The translations under genes were made by a program, and so were the position numbers. 64,000 nt of DNA from Thermoanaerobaculia bacterium (lineage in GTDB: Bacteria > Acidobacteriota > Thermoanaerobaculia > Multivoradales > Multivoraceae): NCBI GenBank assembly GCA_963664405.1, contig OY761158.1, positions 4,804,556 to 4,868,555 on the forward strand, in the 5' to 3' direction. This document shows positions 31,212 through 39,794 of this stretch, one piece after another (position 1 is the stretch's first letter; the number at the start of each line of letters is the position of its first letter). The notes below the pieces were generated by a model. That model had not been told where the DNA came from. It saw nothing but the letters and a program-made list of their open reading frames with translations, and did no database searches.

Positions 31212-31314
31212 GCGTGGCTGATGATCTCGGGCGGAAACCGGTTGCGGCGGTAGCTGGGTGTGCTGCTCTTCATGAGCAGACTCTGCCACCCGTCGGCTCA
31301 AATTGACAGTACCC
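31212..31314 (-). mobile_element. Third IS6-family solo end (IR GGTACTGTCAATTTG plus ~20 transposase codons)
   Basis: Frame reads ...YRRNRFPPEIISHAVW, then diverges. Confidence 0.4.
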
Positions 31315-31387
31315 AAGAAGCGATCACGAAGGCAACGGCGGAGGGCACCGCGTTTCCTAAGCGCCGCTGACACGACTAGGGCTCCGC

Positions 31388-31756
31388 ATGCCTTTCTACG
31401 CCGGCGACCGAAATGATCACCGAACCGGTGTGGACTTCCTCACTCACCTCACGACTCAGGCCAAGCGATCTCTTAGCAAGAGGGGGGAGGACGCGAAGGG
31501 AAGAGACGTGTGGGTCAAGAGAGAGGATTCGACACGAACATGGAAAGAATGTATTGACCTTCTCGTGACTCACGGCAACCTCGCATCCCACGGCGGCACC
31601 GTGACCCTGGCCGAAACGAAGCGGCTTATCGAAACCTGCGAGAAAGCGCTAACGGCCTTGCGCTGCGACGTGTGCGACGAGCTTGTGTGGACCGTTCCTA
31701 GTGGCCAGGACTTTGAGTGTGGCTGCGGGGATGTGCGTTGGAAATGGTCGTTCTAG
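31388..31756 (+). CDS. Hypothetical small protein with C-terminal Zn-ribbon-like CxxC...CxC
   Basis: ALRCDVCDELVWTVPSGQDFECGCGDVRW. Tail-to-tail 4-nt overlap with the next gene. Confidence 0.3.
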   Translation: MPFYAGDRNDHRTGVDFLTHLTTQAKRSLSKRGEDAKGRDVWVKREDSTRTWKECIDLLVTHGNLASHGGTVTLAETKRLIETCEKALTALRCDVCDELVWTVPSGQDFECGCGDVRWKWSF

Positions 31757-32178
31757 TTCACATCCTTCAGACTCAACACATACTCGAATCGATCACTCTC
31801 CTCCGAGAGAGCGTGCACGTAGAGCTCGAGCTCGTTCGAATCGAGGTGCTCTGCGAGATGCCGGACTCGTGAGATCAGGTTATCGTCTTCGTCGAAAGTG
31901 AAGGTGACGATGTTGCTTTCGGCGTTTCGCATCCAGCACCGCACCGTGAGTAGATCTTTGCTGCGGCGATTCCTCGCTACGTCGGGACTCGCCACCACGA
32001 CGGTGCTGAGCACGACATGCTCGCGGTCGATGCTGAAGCCGATGTCCTGATGACGATTCCCCACGGGGACACGGAGGAGGTCCTCATCGGGGCGCAGACG
32101 CCATTTGGGGTCCTGCTGCGCCGCTACACTTTCGAGCATGGAGCGGAGCACTGCCAGGTTCACGACGGCTCCTCCCAA
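31753..32178 (-). CDS. Hypothetical protein (141 aa) immediately downstream of the helicase-C protein
   Basis: ORF with normal composition overlapping the upstream gene end. No motif assigned. Confidence 0.3.
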   Translation of the reverse strand: MGGAVVNLAVLRSMLESVAAQQDPKWRLRPDEDLLRVPVGNRHQDIGFSIDREHVVLSTVVVASPDVARNRRSKDLLTVRCWMRNAESNIVTFTFDEDDNLISRVRHLAEHLDSNELELYVHALSEESDRFEYVLSLKDVN

Positions 32179-34067
32179 AGGTCTTGGCCGGCCTCAGCGT
32201 CCCGGGCGAGGAGGACCTCTTCGATCCAGTCGGCTTGCAGAGTGACTTCACGTACGAGCGCCTCGACTTCTTCGTACTGGCTTGTTTCGGGATGGAAGAG
32301 AAGGCTCGCCTCGACGGCAATATGGTGACTCTTGTGACGTAGATCACGGTGCGCACAAACTCGAGCGTGACCTAGAGTGCGCTGTAGGTCGTGGAGCTCG
32401 GCAACTGTTTCCTGGTCGGAAAGGTCTACGAGACCGACCGGGCTCTCGCAGCGGATGAGGGTCGCGTCGCCGAGGGCGCGAGAGCGCAGAGCGAGGCGAA
32501 AGAACTGGTGGCGAACACCTTCGGCCTTCGGGGCGATCCCGCGAGGTGCGAGCCTGCGCCCGTGGAAGAGCAGCAGGCCCTCTCTCTGATTACTTCCGAC
32601 CTCGGGCTCTCGCACGTCCAGGGCCTGGACGAGTCGCTTCCAGATCGATTCGAAGTGATTGCTGAGTGTCTCGATGGGGATCGGAGTCGCCGCCTTCTGG
32701 CCGAGCTCTCCCCGCAACCAGTCCTGCCTTACAGGGAACGCCGACTCGAGTGGGCCCTGTGGGGGGGACAACTCGGGCAGCCCCGCGATCATCTCCACGT
32801 TCTTGTCGATCGTGGACTGGTACTGAGCGTGCTCGACGTCACGTCGGTGCATCAAGCGCATAAAGCGGTCGAGCCGATCGAGCACCCTTCTCACCTGTAA
32901 GACTTCGATCGTGTCGGCCAGATGCGGGTAGAGCACCTGGATCTTCTCTTCAGGCTCGGCCGGGGTGTCACGGCCGTCGAGCTGGCGTTGAACAAGGCTG
33001 CCGATTCGATCGATGCGGCCTGTGCGTTGTTCCATTGACGAGGGCGTCCAGGCGATGCCGTAATGCACGACGTTGCGGCAGAAGGTGTGGAGATCTTCGC
33101 CTTCCTGGAGGACGTCGGTCGAGATGAGGACTAGGGGGAAGCCGGGCATCCGGAATTGGCCCACGAGCCTCTTGCTCACGCCGCCCGACATGCGGCCCAC
33201 GGGAGCCTGATGCTGGAGAGAGCGTCCGAAGATCTCGCTCAGTTCGGCGAGCCTTGCAGTCGGAACCTGCGAGAAGTTGACCGCGAGCAGGGTGTCGAAC
33301 GCTCCGGCCGCGCCGTGTAGCTCGTAGAAGGCATGGAAGCCGCGCTCCGTGCGCTGACGGTTGAGAAGCTCGACGAAAGCGCGAGCCGGCCCACCCTCCT
33401 GAGTATCGGTGGAAGGTGCCGGACGGAGTTCAAAGGAGCCAGCCTCGCGCATGGCGAGTAGGTAGAGATCGATGTAGGCCCCTCCGAGGCGTGCCATCGC
33501 GCTCAAGAGCTCACGGCGCTGTTCGCTCTCACGCAAGCGCTGTGGGAATGGGAGGTTGCGGGCATCGGGCCAGAGCATGGCTCGGAGCTCGGGCCGCTTG
33601 ACGAGCTCGGTGAAGAATGTAGTGACACCGATCTGCGAGCTCGCCTCGGGGAACCCGGGCGGCGCTTCTTCGTGTTGTCCCTTGAAGTCGGGGAAGCGTC
33701 CTCTGAGAACGACCGCGGCTTCTTCGGCTGCCAGACCCCCGGCGTTGTCGAGCAGAAAGAGTGCTGCGGCCTGGTAGCACTCAAAGACGTAGTAGCGCGG
33801 GTACCCTGTGGCTCGCCTTGTGCGGCGCCGGAAGTGTGCCCAAGCTAACTGGCTCAGCTCGGCTTCGACTGAGTGCCTGTGCCTGTTGAGTACCTCGGCG
33901 AGGCGTTGGAGTGGTAAGGCTGGGCGGCCGAGCAGTCGGGCGACGTAATCGTCTTCAAAGAGGGTGCTGTAAGCGGCGGCGATATTGCTGAGACGGTTCT
34001 TTTGGAAGGCCGCGCCGGACAATATGCCGGGCGGACCCCAGCAGTCTTCAGCTGCCAAGGGTGCCAC
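32160..34067 (-). CDS. SF2 helicase C-terminal-domain protein lacking an identifiable Walker A/DEAD N-terminal ATPase domain (likely 5'-truncated helicase)
   Basis: PLVLISTDVLQEGEDLH and QRTGRIDRIGS (motifs V/VI). No GKT/S or DExx in the first 290 aa. No coding sequence upstream of the start. Confidence 0.45.
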   Translation of the reverse strand: MAPLAAEDCWGPPGILSGAAFQKNRLSNIAAAYSTLFEDDYVARLLGRPALPLQRLAEVLNRHRHSVEAELSQLAWAHFRRRTRRATGYPRYYVFECYQAAALFLLDNAGGLAAEEAAVVLRGRFPDFKGQHEEAPPGFPEASSQIGVTTFFTELVKRPELRAMLWPDARNLPFPQRLRESEQRRELLSAMARLGGAYIDLYLLAMREAGSFELRPAPSTDTQEGGPARAFVELLNRQRTERGFHAFYELHGAAGAFDTLLAVNFSQVPTARLAELSEIFGRSLQHQAPVGRMSGGVSKRLVGQFRMPGFPLVLISTDVLQEGEDLHTFCRNVVHYGIAWTPSSMEQRTGRIDRIGSLVQRQLDGRDTPAEPEEKIQVLYPHLADTIEVLQVRRVLDRLDRFMRLMHRRDVEHAQYQSTIDKNVEMIAGLPELSPPQGPLESAFPVRQDWLRGELGQKAATPIPIETLSNHFESIWKRLVQALDVREPEVGSNQREGLLLFHGRRLAPRGIAPKAEGVRHQFFRLALRSRALGDATLIRCESPVGLVDLSDQETVAELHDLQRTLGHARVCAHRDLRHKSHHIAVEASLLFHPETSQYEEVEALVREVTLQADWIEEVLLARDAEAGQDLWEEPS

Positions 34068-34322
34068 CCGAATATTCCCAGCCCAGCTAGCTCGGGCGCT
34101 CAGATGTTCGTGAGATCATCCAGGGGCGGTTCGTATTGTCTACCGCGTCGAGCCGAGCCGAGATGTGCATTCTCACTGTCAGGCGTTCAAGCTGGCTGTC
34201 TTACGCATCCAAAGCGAAGTAGTGGTGCGACCTAGGCTTGAGCATGTCAATGGCAGTGCAGCATCACTTCCCGAGAGCAGTGAGTGAAATGTCAGCACCT
34301 TGTACAGCAGAGGCACTGAGTT

Positions 34323-34802
34323 GTGGGGCTTGAAGCCGCCGTCTACTGCGATTGCTTTGAACGAGGCGACCTCAAGGTCCAGCCTCGGCCAGAATGGGGG
34401 GTCTATGTTGCAGAAAACGGATCCAGAGAAACCACCGCTACGGATCTCGATCTACAAACAGCTTTCGATTGTTGGGACCGCGACCAAGCCTGCTGCCACG
34501 AGGGTGGCGTTTTTCTTGCCCACTACATCGGCAATATTGGTCTTGTTGGGGTGTTTCGTGAGCTCATCGGCGAGCATCCGAATGACTTCCCACTAATACT
34601 GGAGAAAGTCATTTACAGTGGCAGTCATTGCGGGGACTATCTGGTAGTTGGAGAGGTAGAGGCAATGCAGGCGGAGGTTGAAAGGATCGCTCACGTTCAT
34701 TCCCAAGACGAAGAAGCTGAACAGTGGCTCCGCGGTTTCGAAGCACAGATGCGTGAGCTGGTTGGATGCGCATTGCGAGTCAAGAGGCCCATAGCATTCT
34801 AG
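34323..34802 (+). CDS. Hypothetical protein (159 aa)
   Basis: ORF with balanced composition. No motif assigned. Confidence 0.25.
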   Translation: MGLEAAVYCDCFERGDLKVQPRPEWGVYVAENGSRETTATDLDLQTAFDCWDRDQACCHEGGVFLAHYIGNIGLVGVFRELIGEHPNDFPLILEKVIYSGSHCGDYLVVGEVEAMQAEVERIAHVHSQDEEAEQWLRGFEAQMRELVGCALRVKRPIAF

Positions 34803-34871
34803 AGCTCGGACAAGGTATTCCAAGACCTCCTGCCGATGGCGGTTGATCCACGCGGCATCTTCGACCCGGGG

Positions 34872-34988
34872 ACTTCACGCAAACTCGTCCCGAAACGGAC
34901 TCAGGAATCGCCTCTCGGCTGACCAGTCCGTGACCGCGAAGACCACGTCAGAGAACGCCCCTCGGAACTCGCCCTCGAGCACCGTTGA
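34872..34988. repeat. ~115-bp direct repeat, copy 1. Duplicate of the 3' end of the PARG-like gene, here abutting an ARH fragment.
   Basis: TTCACGCAAACTCGTCCCGAAACGGACTCAGGAATCGCCTC...GGAACTCGCCCTCGAGC is ~92% identical to 36926-37042. Confidence 0.6.
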
Positions 34989-34989
34989 C

Positions 34990-35160
34990 ACCCGCGACAA
35001 CGACCCTGTCGGCGCGATCGTTGGCGCTCTCGTAGGTGCGCAGCATGGCGCGAGTTCACTGCCCGACCGGTGGCTCGACGGGCTGCTGGGCCGCACCGGT
35101 GCCGACGATGACGGGCGAGTTCAGGAGTTAGTGGAGCTGGCAGTGCAGAGGTGGTGCTAA
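34990..35160 (+). pseudogene. C-terminal fragment of an ADP-ribosylglycohydrolase (ARH/DraG family)
   Basis: DPVGAIVGALVGAQHGASSLPDRWLDGL matches the ARH C-terminal DTxxAIAGALxGAxxGxxxIPxRWL motif. No N-terminal part is present. Confidence 0.5.
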
Positions 35161-35222
35161 AGACACTGGCGATCGACGTGGTGGCCAGGAGCGCGCCGCA
35201 GACGCCACCAGTCGAAATCGTA

Positions 35223-36284
35223 CTAGGGAGCGGACAAGCGGCCCAAAGCAAGCTCAATCAGGCGGTCATCGAACATCCGGAGCTTACGTTCTGCCACGCG
35301 TCGGTCCCCGGGCCACGAGGATAGCCCCTCCTTAATATCCCTCAGCTCGGGTCGCCTACCCTCGCGGCTAAGCAACCAGTCAACAGAGGCGAGCAGCTCC
35401 AAACCAAGCGGAGACTCGAATCCGTCGATCTTCTTCGCGGTTCGCTCGAGAGCTTCAAGGTAGGGCTTCGCTTCCGATCTCAGATACGCCGCTAGGCGCT
35501 CCCTCTTCGAGTCGTTGAACGCGATCAGGTCGGTCGGCCTAGCATCGGCGATCCGCAGTTGCGAATGGAGGTAGCTGCCGTCCAGGCTATCGAGGAGATG
35601 CCTGAGTCGTTCAGCGTAGGGGCCGTACCTGTTCGCGGTGAACTGCAATTCGAGAGGGTTGTTCAGGCGGCAGGCGCTGATCTCACGCTCAAGAAACCAG
35701 GCTAGTTTCTGGATCTCTAGCAGCGAGCAGTCGATTCCAAGGATCCAGTATCGGCGGACGAGCTCGGCGATGAGAGCTCGCGCAGGCGTCAATTTCTCAG
35801 CACCCGCCCTCTTGGCTACGTTCTGGTACTCAAGGGTTGGTTCGTAGATCCGTACTTCGACATCAGGAAGATCGGCCAGGGTCCGCTCGATGAGCGGTCG
35901 AACAGTCGACCATGCCAGCCCTCCGTTGCCGCAACCCAACGGCGGAATGGCGATGGATTGGATCGTATTCTCGTTTACGACGGACTTTAGGTCCTCGAGG
36001 CCGGCCTCGATCCACTCGATCCGGGTCGCGGTTCGCCAATGCTGCTTTGTAGGGAGGTTGATGATCCATCGTGGCCCTATCAGCTCGGCACGTTCGGTAA
36101 CGAATACTCGGCCGACCTCGACCTCCCCTCGCTTGCAGGCAGCTGCGTAGGCGCGGAAGTTCTCGGGGAAGGCTTCTTTGAACATCAAGGCAATTCCCTT
36201 CCCCATGACACCGACTGTGTTGACCGGGTTGACCAGAGCCTCTACGTCGGCTTCGAGAAGATTGCCCTTTGTATAGTGGAGCAT
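35223..36284 (-). CDS. darG: DarG antitoxin (N-terminal macrodomain, C-terminal DarT-binding domain), 353 aa
   Basis: [32 protein letters not shown] macrodomain. Length matches DarG. TGATG overlap with the darT remnant upstream. Confidence 0.7.
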   Translation of the reverse strand: MLHYTKGNLLEADVEALVNPVNTVGVMGKGIALMFKEAFPENFRAYAAACKRGEVEVGRVFVTERAELIGPRWIINLPTKQHWRTATRIEWIEAGLEDLKSVVNENTIQSIAIPPLGCGNGGLAWSTVRPLIERTLADLPDVEVRIYEPTLEYQNVAKRAGAEKLTPARALIAELVRRYWILGIDCSLLEIQKLAWFLEREISACRLNNPLELQFTANRYGPYAERLRHLLDSLDGSYLHSQLRIADARPTDLIAFNDSKRERLAAYLRSEAKPYLEALERTAKKIDGFESPLGLELLASVDWLLSREGRRPELRDIKEGLSSWPGDRRVAERKLRMFDDRLIELALGRLSAP

Positions 36285-36684
36285 CAGAAGTACCAGCCAG
36301 GCTGAACGACGGTCTTGAGCTCTAGACCGCGCTTGGAGGCCTCAGCGTCGATCGCGGTCTTCACCTCAGAAGTGTAGCAAGCCAGGCCCTCGAGGGCCGC
36401 GAAGGGTACGTGCCTATGCGCAAGTGCTTCGGCCTGGTACCCCTCGGAGGGACCGGCACCTCTCGATGACTCCGCTTCTCTATGAGCTCGGCACTTCCTA
36501 TGGCGGCGAAGTTCGCGTCCTTGATGTCCGATCGACTGCAGTGGAGCCCATTCTTCAAGATCCAGGGCACGTTGGATCTATGGGTGATCCGGAAAATGAG
36601 CGCCTTGCCGGCGGTGAGGGTTTCGTTGAGGGGCCTCGCCATAGCTGCCGATAGGAGTTTAGCTCCCGGAGTGAGCCGGCGCAC
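36283..36684 (-). pseudogene. darT: DarT (DUF4433 DNA ADP-ribosyltransferase toxin), frameshifted and ~90 aa too short
   Basis: N-terminal frame LIFRITHRSNVPWILKNGLHCSRSDI (DUF4433 start). After VPVPP the frame is lost. The C-terminal frame ends ...VVQPGWYF* overlapping the darG start. Total span is only ~120-134 codons. Confidence 0.55.
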
Positions 36685-36925
36685 GTGCCCCTGCTCAGAA
36701 CAGATCCGGCTGAGCGCTCAACCGGTTGGAACACTGGATCTCATGAGCCTGCGCGACTTGGACGGCTGCCTCAACGAAGAGGTTGCCACCTTACGGGGAA
36801 CCCTTCCCATGGGAACTCAGTCCTTCTCTACCTCCGGCCCTATCACCCGGTAACCTCGGTTGCGAGGCGCTCTGCCAATTTCAATTCCCTTCTCACGAGG
36901 CGCCCGGCCTCCTAGCGCGGCGGGA

Positions 36926-37042
36926 ACTTCACCCAAACTCGTCCCGAAACGGACCCAGGAATCGCCTCCCGAGCGACCAGTCCGTGACCGCGAAGACCAC
37001 GTCGGAGAACGCCCCCTGGAACTCGCCCTCGAGCGCCCTTCG
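36926..37042. repeat. ~115-bp direct repeat, copy 2 (authentic 3' end of the PARG-like gene)
   Basis: See copy 1. Confidence 0.6.
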
Positions 37043-37606
37043 GAAGTCGGCGGCGCACCGTCTCGCATCGTTCCCGAACGCTCCACAGCCCCAGGCCCCC
37101 AGGACGAGAGCCGAGTGCTCGTATGCCCTCGCGACGGCCAGCACTCGATGGATACGCCGCTCCAGGAGATCTCCGGCTTCGGGCTGACCGATGGCGGGAG
37201 CGTAGGGCGCCGCGCAGGTCAGGAAGCTGAGAAGCCAGGGTTGCTCGAGCTCTTCTCCGGCGTCGAGACGAAAGACGGGGACGTGAGGGGAGTAGATGGC
37301 CCAGTCGGTAGAGTCCGGCCGCGCGCGCGCAGCGTGTTCGGGATACATCGGATCGCCGACCAGAGTCGTGTGCAGTGCGCTCGACCGGCACAGCACCTCC
37401 TCCTGCGCCCGCGCACCGCTGAGGAAGCCGCCGCCAGGTGAGATGCCGTTGGCAAAGTTCAGGGCGAGAGGCTGGTGACCGCTCTCGACGAGTCGACGTG
37501 ATGCTCCCAGTGTCGTCTCGTTGACGACCTGAACCCGGGTTTCCGGAAGCACGGACTTCTCGAGCTGCGGAAGAGGCGCGTCCGGCGGGATGCTGACCTT
37601 TGTCAA
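36929..37606 (-). CDS. Bacterial-type poly(ADP-ribose) glycohydrolase-like macrodomain protein (DUF2263/TIGR02452-like)
   Basis: LALNFANGISPGGGFLSGARAQEEVLCRSSAL matches the microbial PARG GGG-X6-8-QEE signature. Confidence 0.55.
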   Translation of the reverse strand: MTKVSIPPDAPLPQLEKSVLPETRVQVVNETTLGASRRLVESGHQPLALNFANGISPGGGFLSGARAQEEVLCRSSALHTTLVGDPMYPEHAARARPDSTDWAIYSPHVPVFRLDAGEELEQPWLLSFLTCAAPYAPAIGQPEAGDLLERRIHRVLAVARAYEHSALVLGAWGCGAFGNDARRCAADFRRALEGEFQGAFSDVVFAVTDWSLGRRFLGPFRDEFG

Positions 37607-37813
37607 CGGCGCTTAAGAAGCGCGCGATCCCGGCTTTCTGACCGCGTTTCCTGCTGAGAGTCTCTTCAGCATCATCGTCGCGCGCGAGCGCGCGAGCAGC
37701 GTGGCAGGTGGGAGTATGGGGAGACCGGCGGGGGCGACTCCAAGCAAGGTGACCGCCCACCGCCGGAAGGCCTGGGGTATGACGCCCCAGAAGAGGGAGT
37801 ATTCCGCCTGCGG

Positions 37814-38100
37814 GTGGCGAAGTCCAGGCCGAAGGAGGCCTGGGCCGTGCGCCGCCGTCCCGATTGTCGCCGTTTCGTTTGCGATCGTTGCCGGCAAGCT
37901 GTCTACATTTGCTCTTGGTGCGATCGCGGCCATCGTTATTGCACGCCGGAGTGCCGGGATGAGGCTCGGCGCCACAGCCTTCGCGGGGCCGGGCGTCGCT
38001 ATCAGCAGACGCCGCGAGGGCGCCGCTTGCATGCTCGTCGTCAGCAGGCCTATCGAGATCGCAAGCAGCAAGGCTCAAAGAAAGTGACGCATCACAGTTG
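37814..38100 (+). CDS. Possible small Cys/Arg-rich Zn-binding protein upstream of istA (very tentative)
   Basis: CDRCRQAVYICSWCDRGHRYCTPECRDEARRHSLRGAGRRYQQTPRGRRLHARRQQAYRDRKQQ. Regular Cys spacing, but could be a GC-rich artefact. Confidence 0.2.
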
Positions 38101-38177
38101 CCGCACCGGGGGCTGCCCTGCGACGGTGGCGTCATGGCCCACCGCGCCGCTTCCGTTGTTTTTGCAAGGCTTGTCCG

Positions 38178-39794
38178 TTGGAGGTCGGAACGAGGAGCTT
38201 CTCTGCAGGCTGTGCCGCCATCCTTGCGAGCCGATTGTCCGCCACGACTTCTTGCGATCGCGCCGAGTACGCCCGGTGCGCAGGCGGGCGCGGGATGATC
38301 TCTCCCGAGCTCGCCGCCGAGATCCGCCGTCTCTATGAGTCGGAGGGCTGGCGGCGCAACACGATCGCCCGCCATCTGGGAATCCATCACTCGACGGTCA
38401 CTCGAGTCCTTCGACGCGAAGGGCTGAGCCGGCCTCGATCGCCGCGACGAGCGTCCATGGTCGATCGCTTCGTCCCCTTCATCCAGGAAGTCTTTGAGCG
38501 CTACCCGGAGCTGCCGGCGAGCGTGCTCTACGAGATGGTCAAGAAGCGTGACTATCCCGGTGGGGAGGATCACTTCCGCCACTGCATTGCCGAGCTCGGC
38601 CTGCGCCCCCGCAAGGCGCCTGAGGCTTTCTTTGTGCTCCGTACGCTTGCCGGCGAACAGGCCCAGGTGGACTGGGCTCACTTCGGCACCCGAAAGGTCG
38701 ATGGCGGAGAGCGCCGTCTCTACGCCTTCGTCATGGTGCTGAGCTACTCGCGAGCTCTCTTTCTGCACTTCTTCTACGACGCTCGTCTGCCGAGCTTCCT
38801 GACCGGGCATGTCCTCGCCTTCTCCTTCTTTGAGGGTCTGGCCAAGATCCACCTCTACGACAATCTGCGCAGCGCTGTGCTCGAGCGGCGCCGCAGCGCC
38901 ATTCGCTTTCATCCACGGCTTCTCGAGCTCGCCGACTTCTACGGCTTTGATCCAAGGCCCGTTGCTCCCAGACGAGGAAATGAAAAAGGTCGCGTCGAAC
39001 GAGCCATTCGTTTTGTCAGAACTTCCTTCTTTCCGCTGCGTCGCACCTGGGACAGAGAAGCGCTGAACCGGGACGCTCTGGAGTGGTGTCGCGACCGAGC
39101 GATGAAGCGCCCGTGGCCCCAGGACCGGCGTCGCACCGTCGAGCAGGCCTATCTCGAGGAGCGCTCTCATCTCGTGAGCCTTCCGGCGCAGCCTTTCCCC
39201 TGCCACGAATGGGTCGAGCGGATCACGCGGCGCACTCCTTACCTGAGCTTCGATGCGAATCGCTACTCGATCCCGCATGATCGCATCGCCCGCTCGCTAC
39301 AGATCGCCGCAGACCCGGAGCGTGTGCGCATCTTCGATCGCGAGCAGCTCATCGCCGAGCACACAAGGTCCTGGGACAAGGGCCAGATCATCGAAGACCC
39401 CCGTCACCTAGAAGAGCTGGAACGACAGAAACGCGAGGCACGTACACAGCGCGGCCAGGACTACCTGCTGCGTACGGTGCCCCAGGCCGAAGAGCTCCTG
39501 CGGGAGCTGGCCCGACGGCAGAGACGACTCTCGAGTGCCGTCGCCAGACTCCTCGAGCTCCTTGCCGAGAGTGGACCCAGGGAGCTTGCAGTGGCGATCG
39601 ACGAGGCCCTCGAAAAAGGATCCCCGCATCCCGAAGCGGTGCGACTCATCCTCGATCGTCGGCGCCACGAGCGGGGACTCCTACCCGCGCTGCCTGTCCA
39701 GCTCCCCGACGATCCCAGGATCCGGGAGCTCACGGTCACTCCCCATGCACTGGCCGACTACGACAACCCCAACGACGAGGAGGACGACGAATGA
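38178..39794 (+). CDS. istA: IS21-family transposase IstA (intact). Likely true start ~38295 (MISPELAAEIRRLY).
   Basis: HTH IARHLGIHHSTVTRVL. DDE region VDWAHFG...YAFVMVLSYSRALF...HLYDN. Confidence 0.8.
   Translation: MEVGTRSFSAGCAAILASRLSATTSCDRAEYARCAGGRGMISPELAAEIRRLYESEGWRRNTIARHLGIHHSTVTRVLRREGLSRPRSPRRASMVDRFVPFIQEVFERYPELPASVLYEMVKKRDYPGGEDHFRHCIAELGLRPRKAPEAFFVLRTLAGEQAQVDWAHFGTRKVDGGERRLYAFVMVLSYSRALFLHFFYDARLPSFLTGHVLAFSFFEGLAKIHLYDNLRSAVLERRRSAIRFHPRLLELADFYGFDPRPVAPRRGNEKGRVERAIRFVRTSFFPLRRTWDREALNRDALEWCRDRAMKRPWPQDRRRTVEQAYLEERSHLVSLPAQPFPCHEWVERITRRTPYLSFDANRYSIPHDRIARSLQIAADPERVRIFDREQLIAEHTRSWDKGQIIEDPRHLEELERQKREARTQRGQDYLLRTVPQAEELLRELARRQRRLSSAVARLLELLAESGPRELAVAIDEALEKGSPHPEAVRLILDRRRHERGLLPALPVQLPDDPRIRELTVTPHALADYDNPNDEEDDE

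Noticed and set aside
36912-39278. 788-aa ORF on the minus strand, extremely Arg/Ala/Gly-rich
   Set aside because: Antisense to IS21 istA and in a different frame from the PARG-like gene. Its composition is typical of spurious long ORFs in high-GC DNA.
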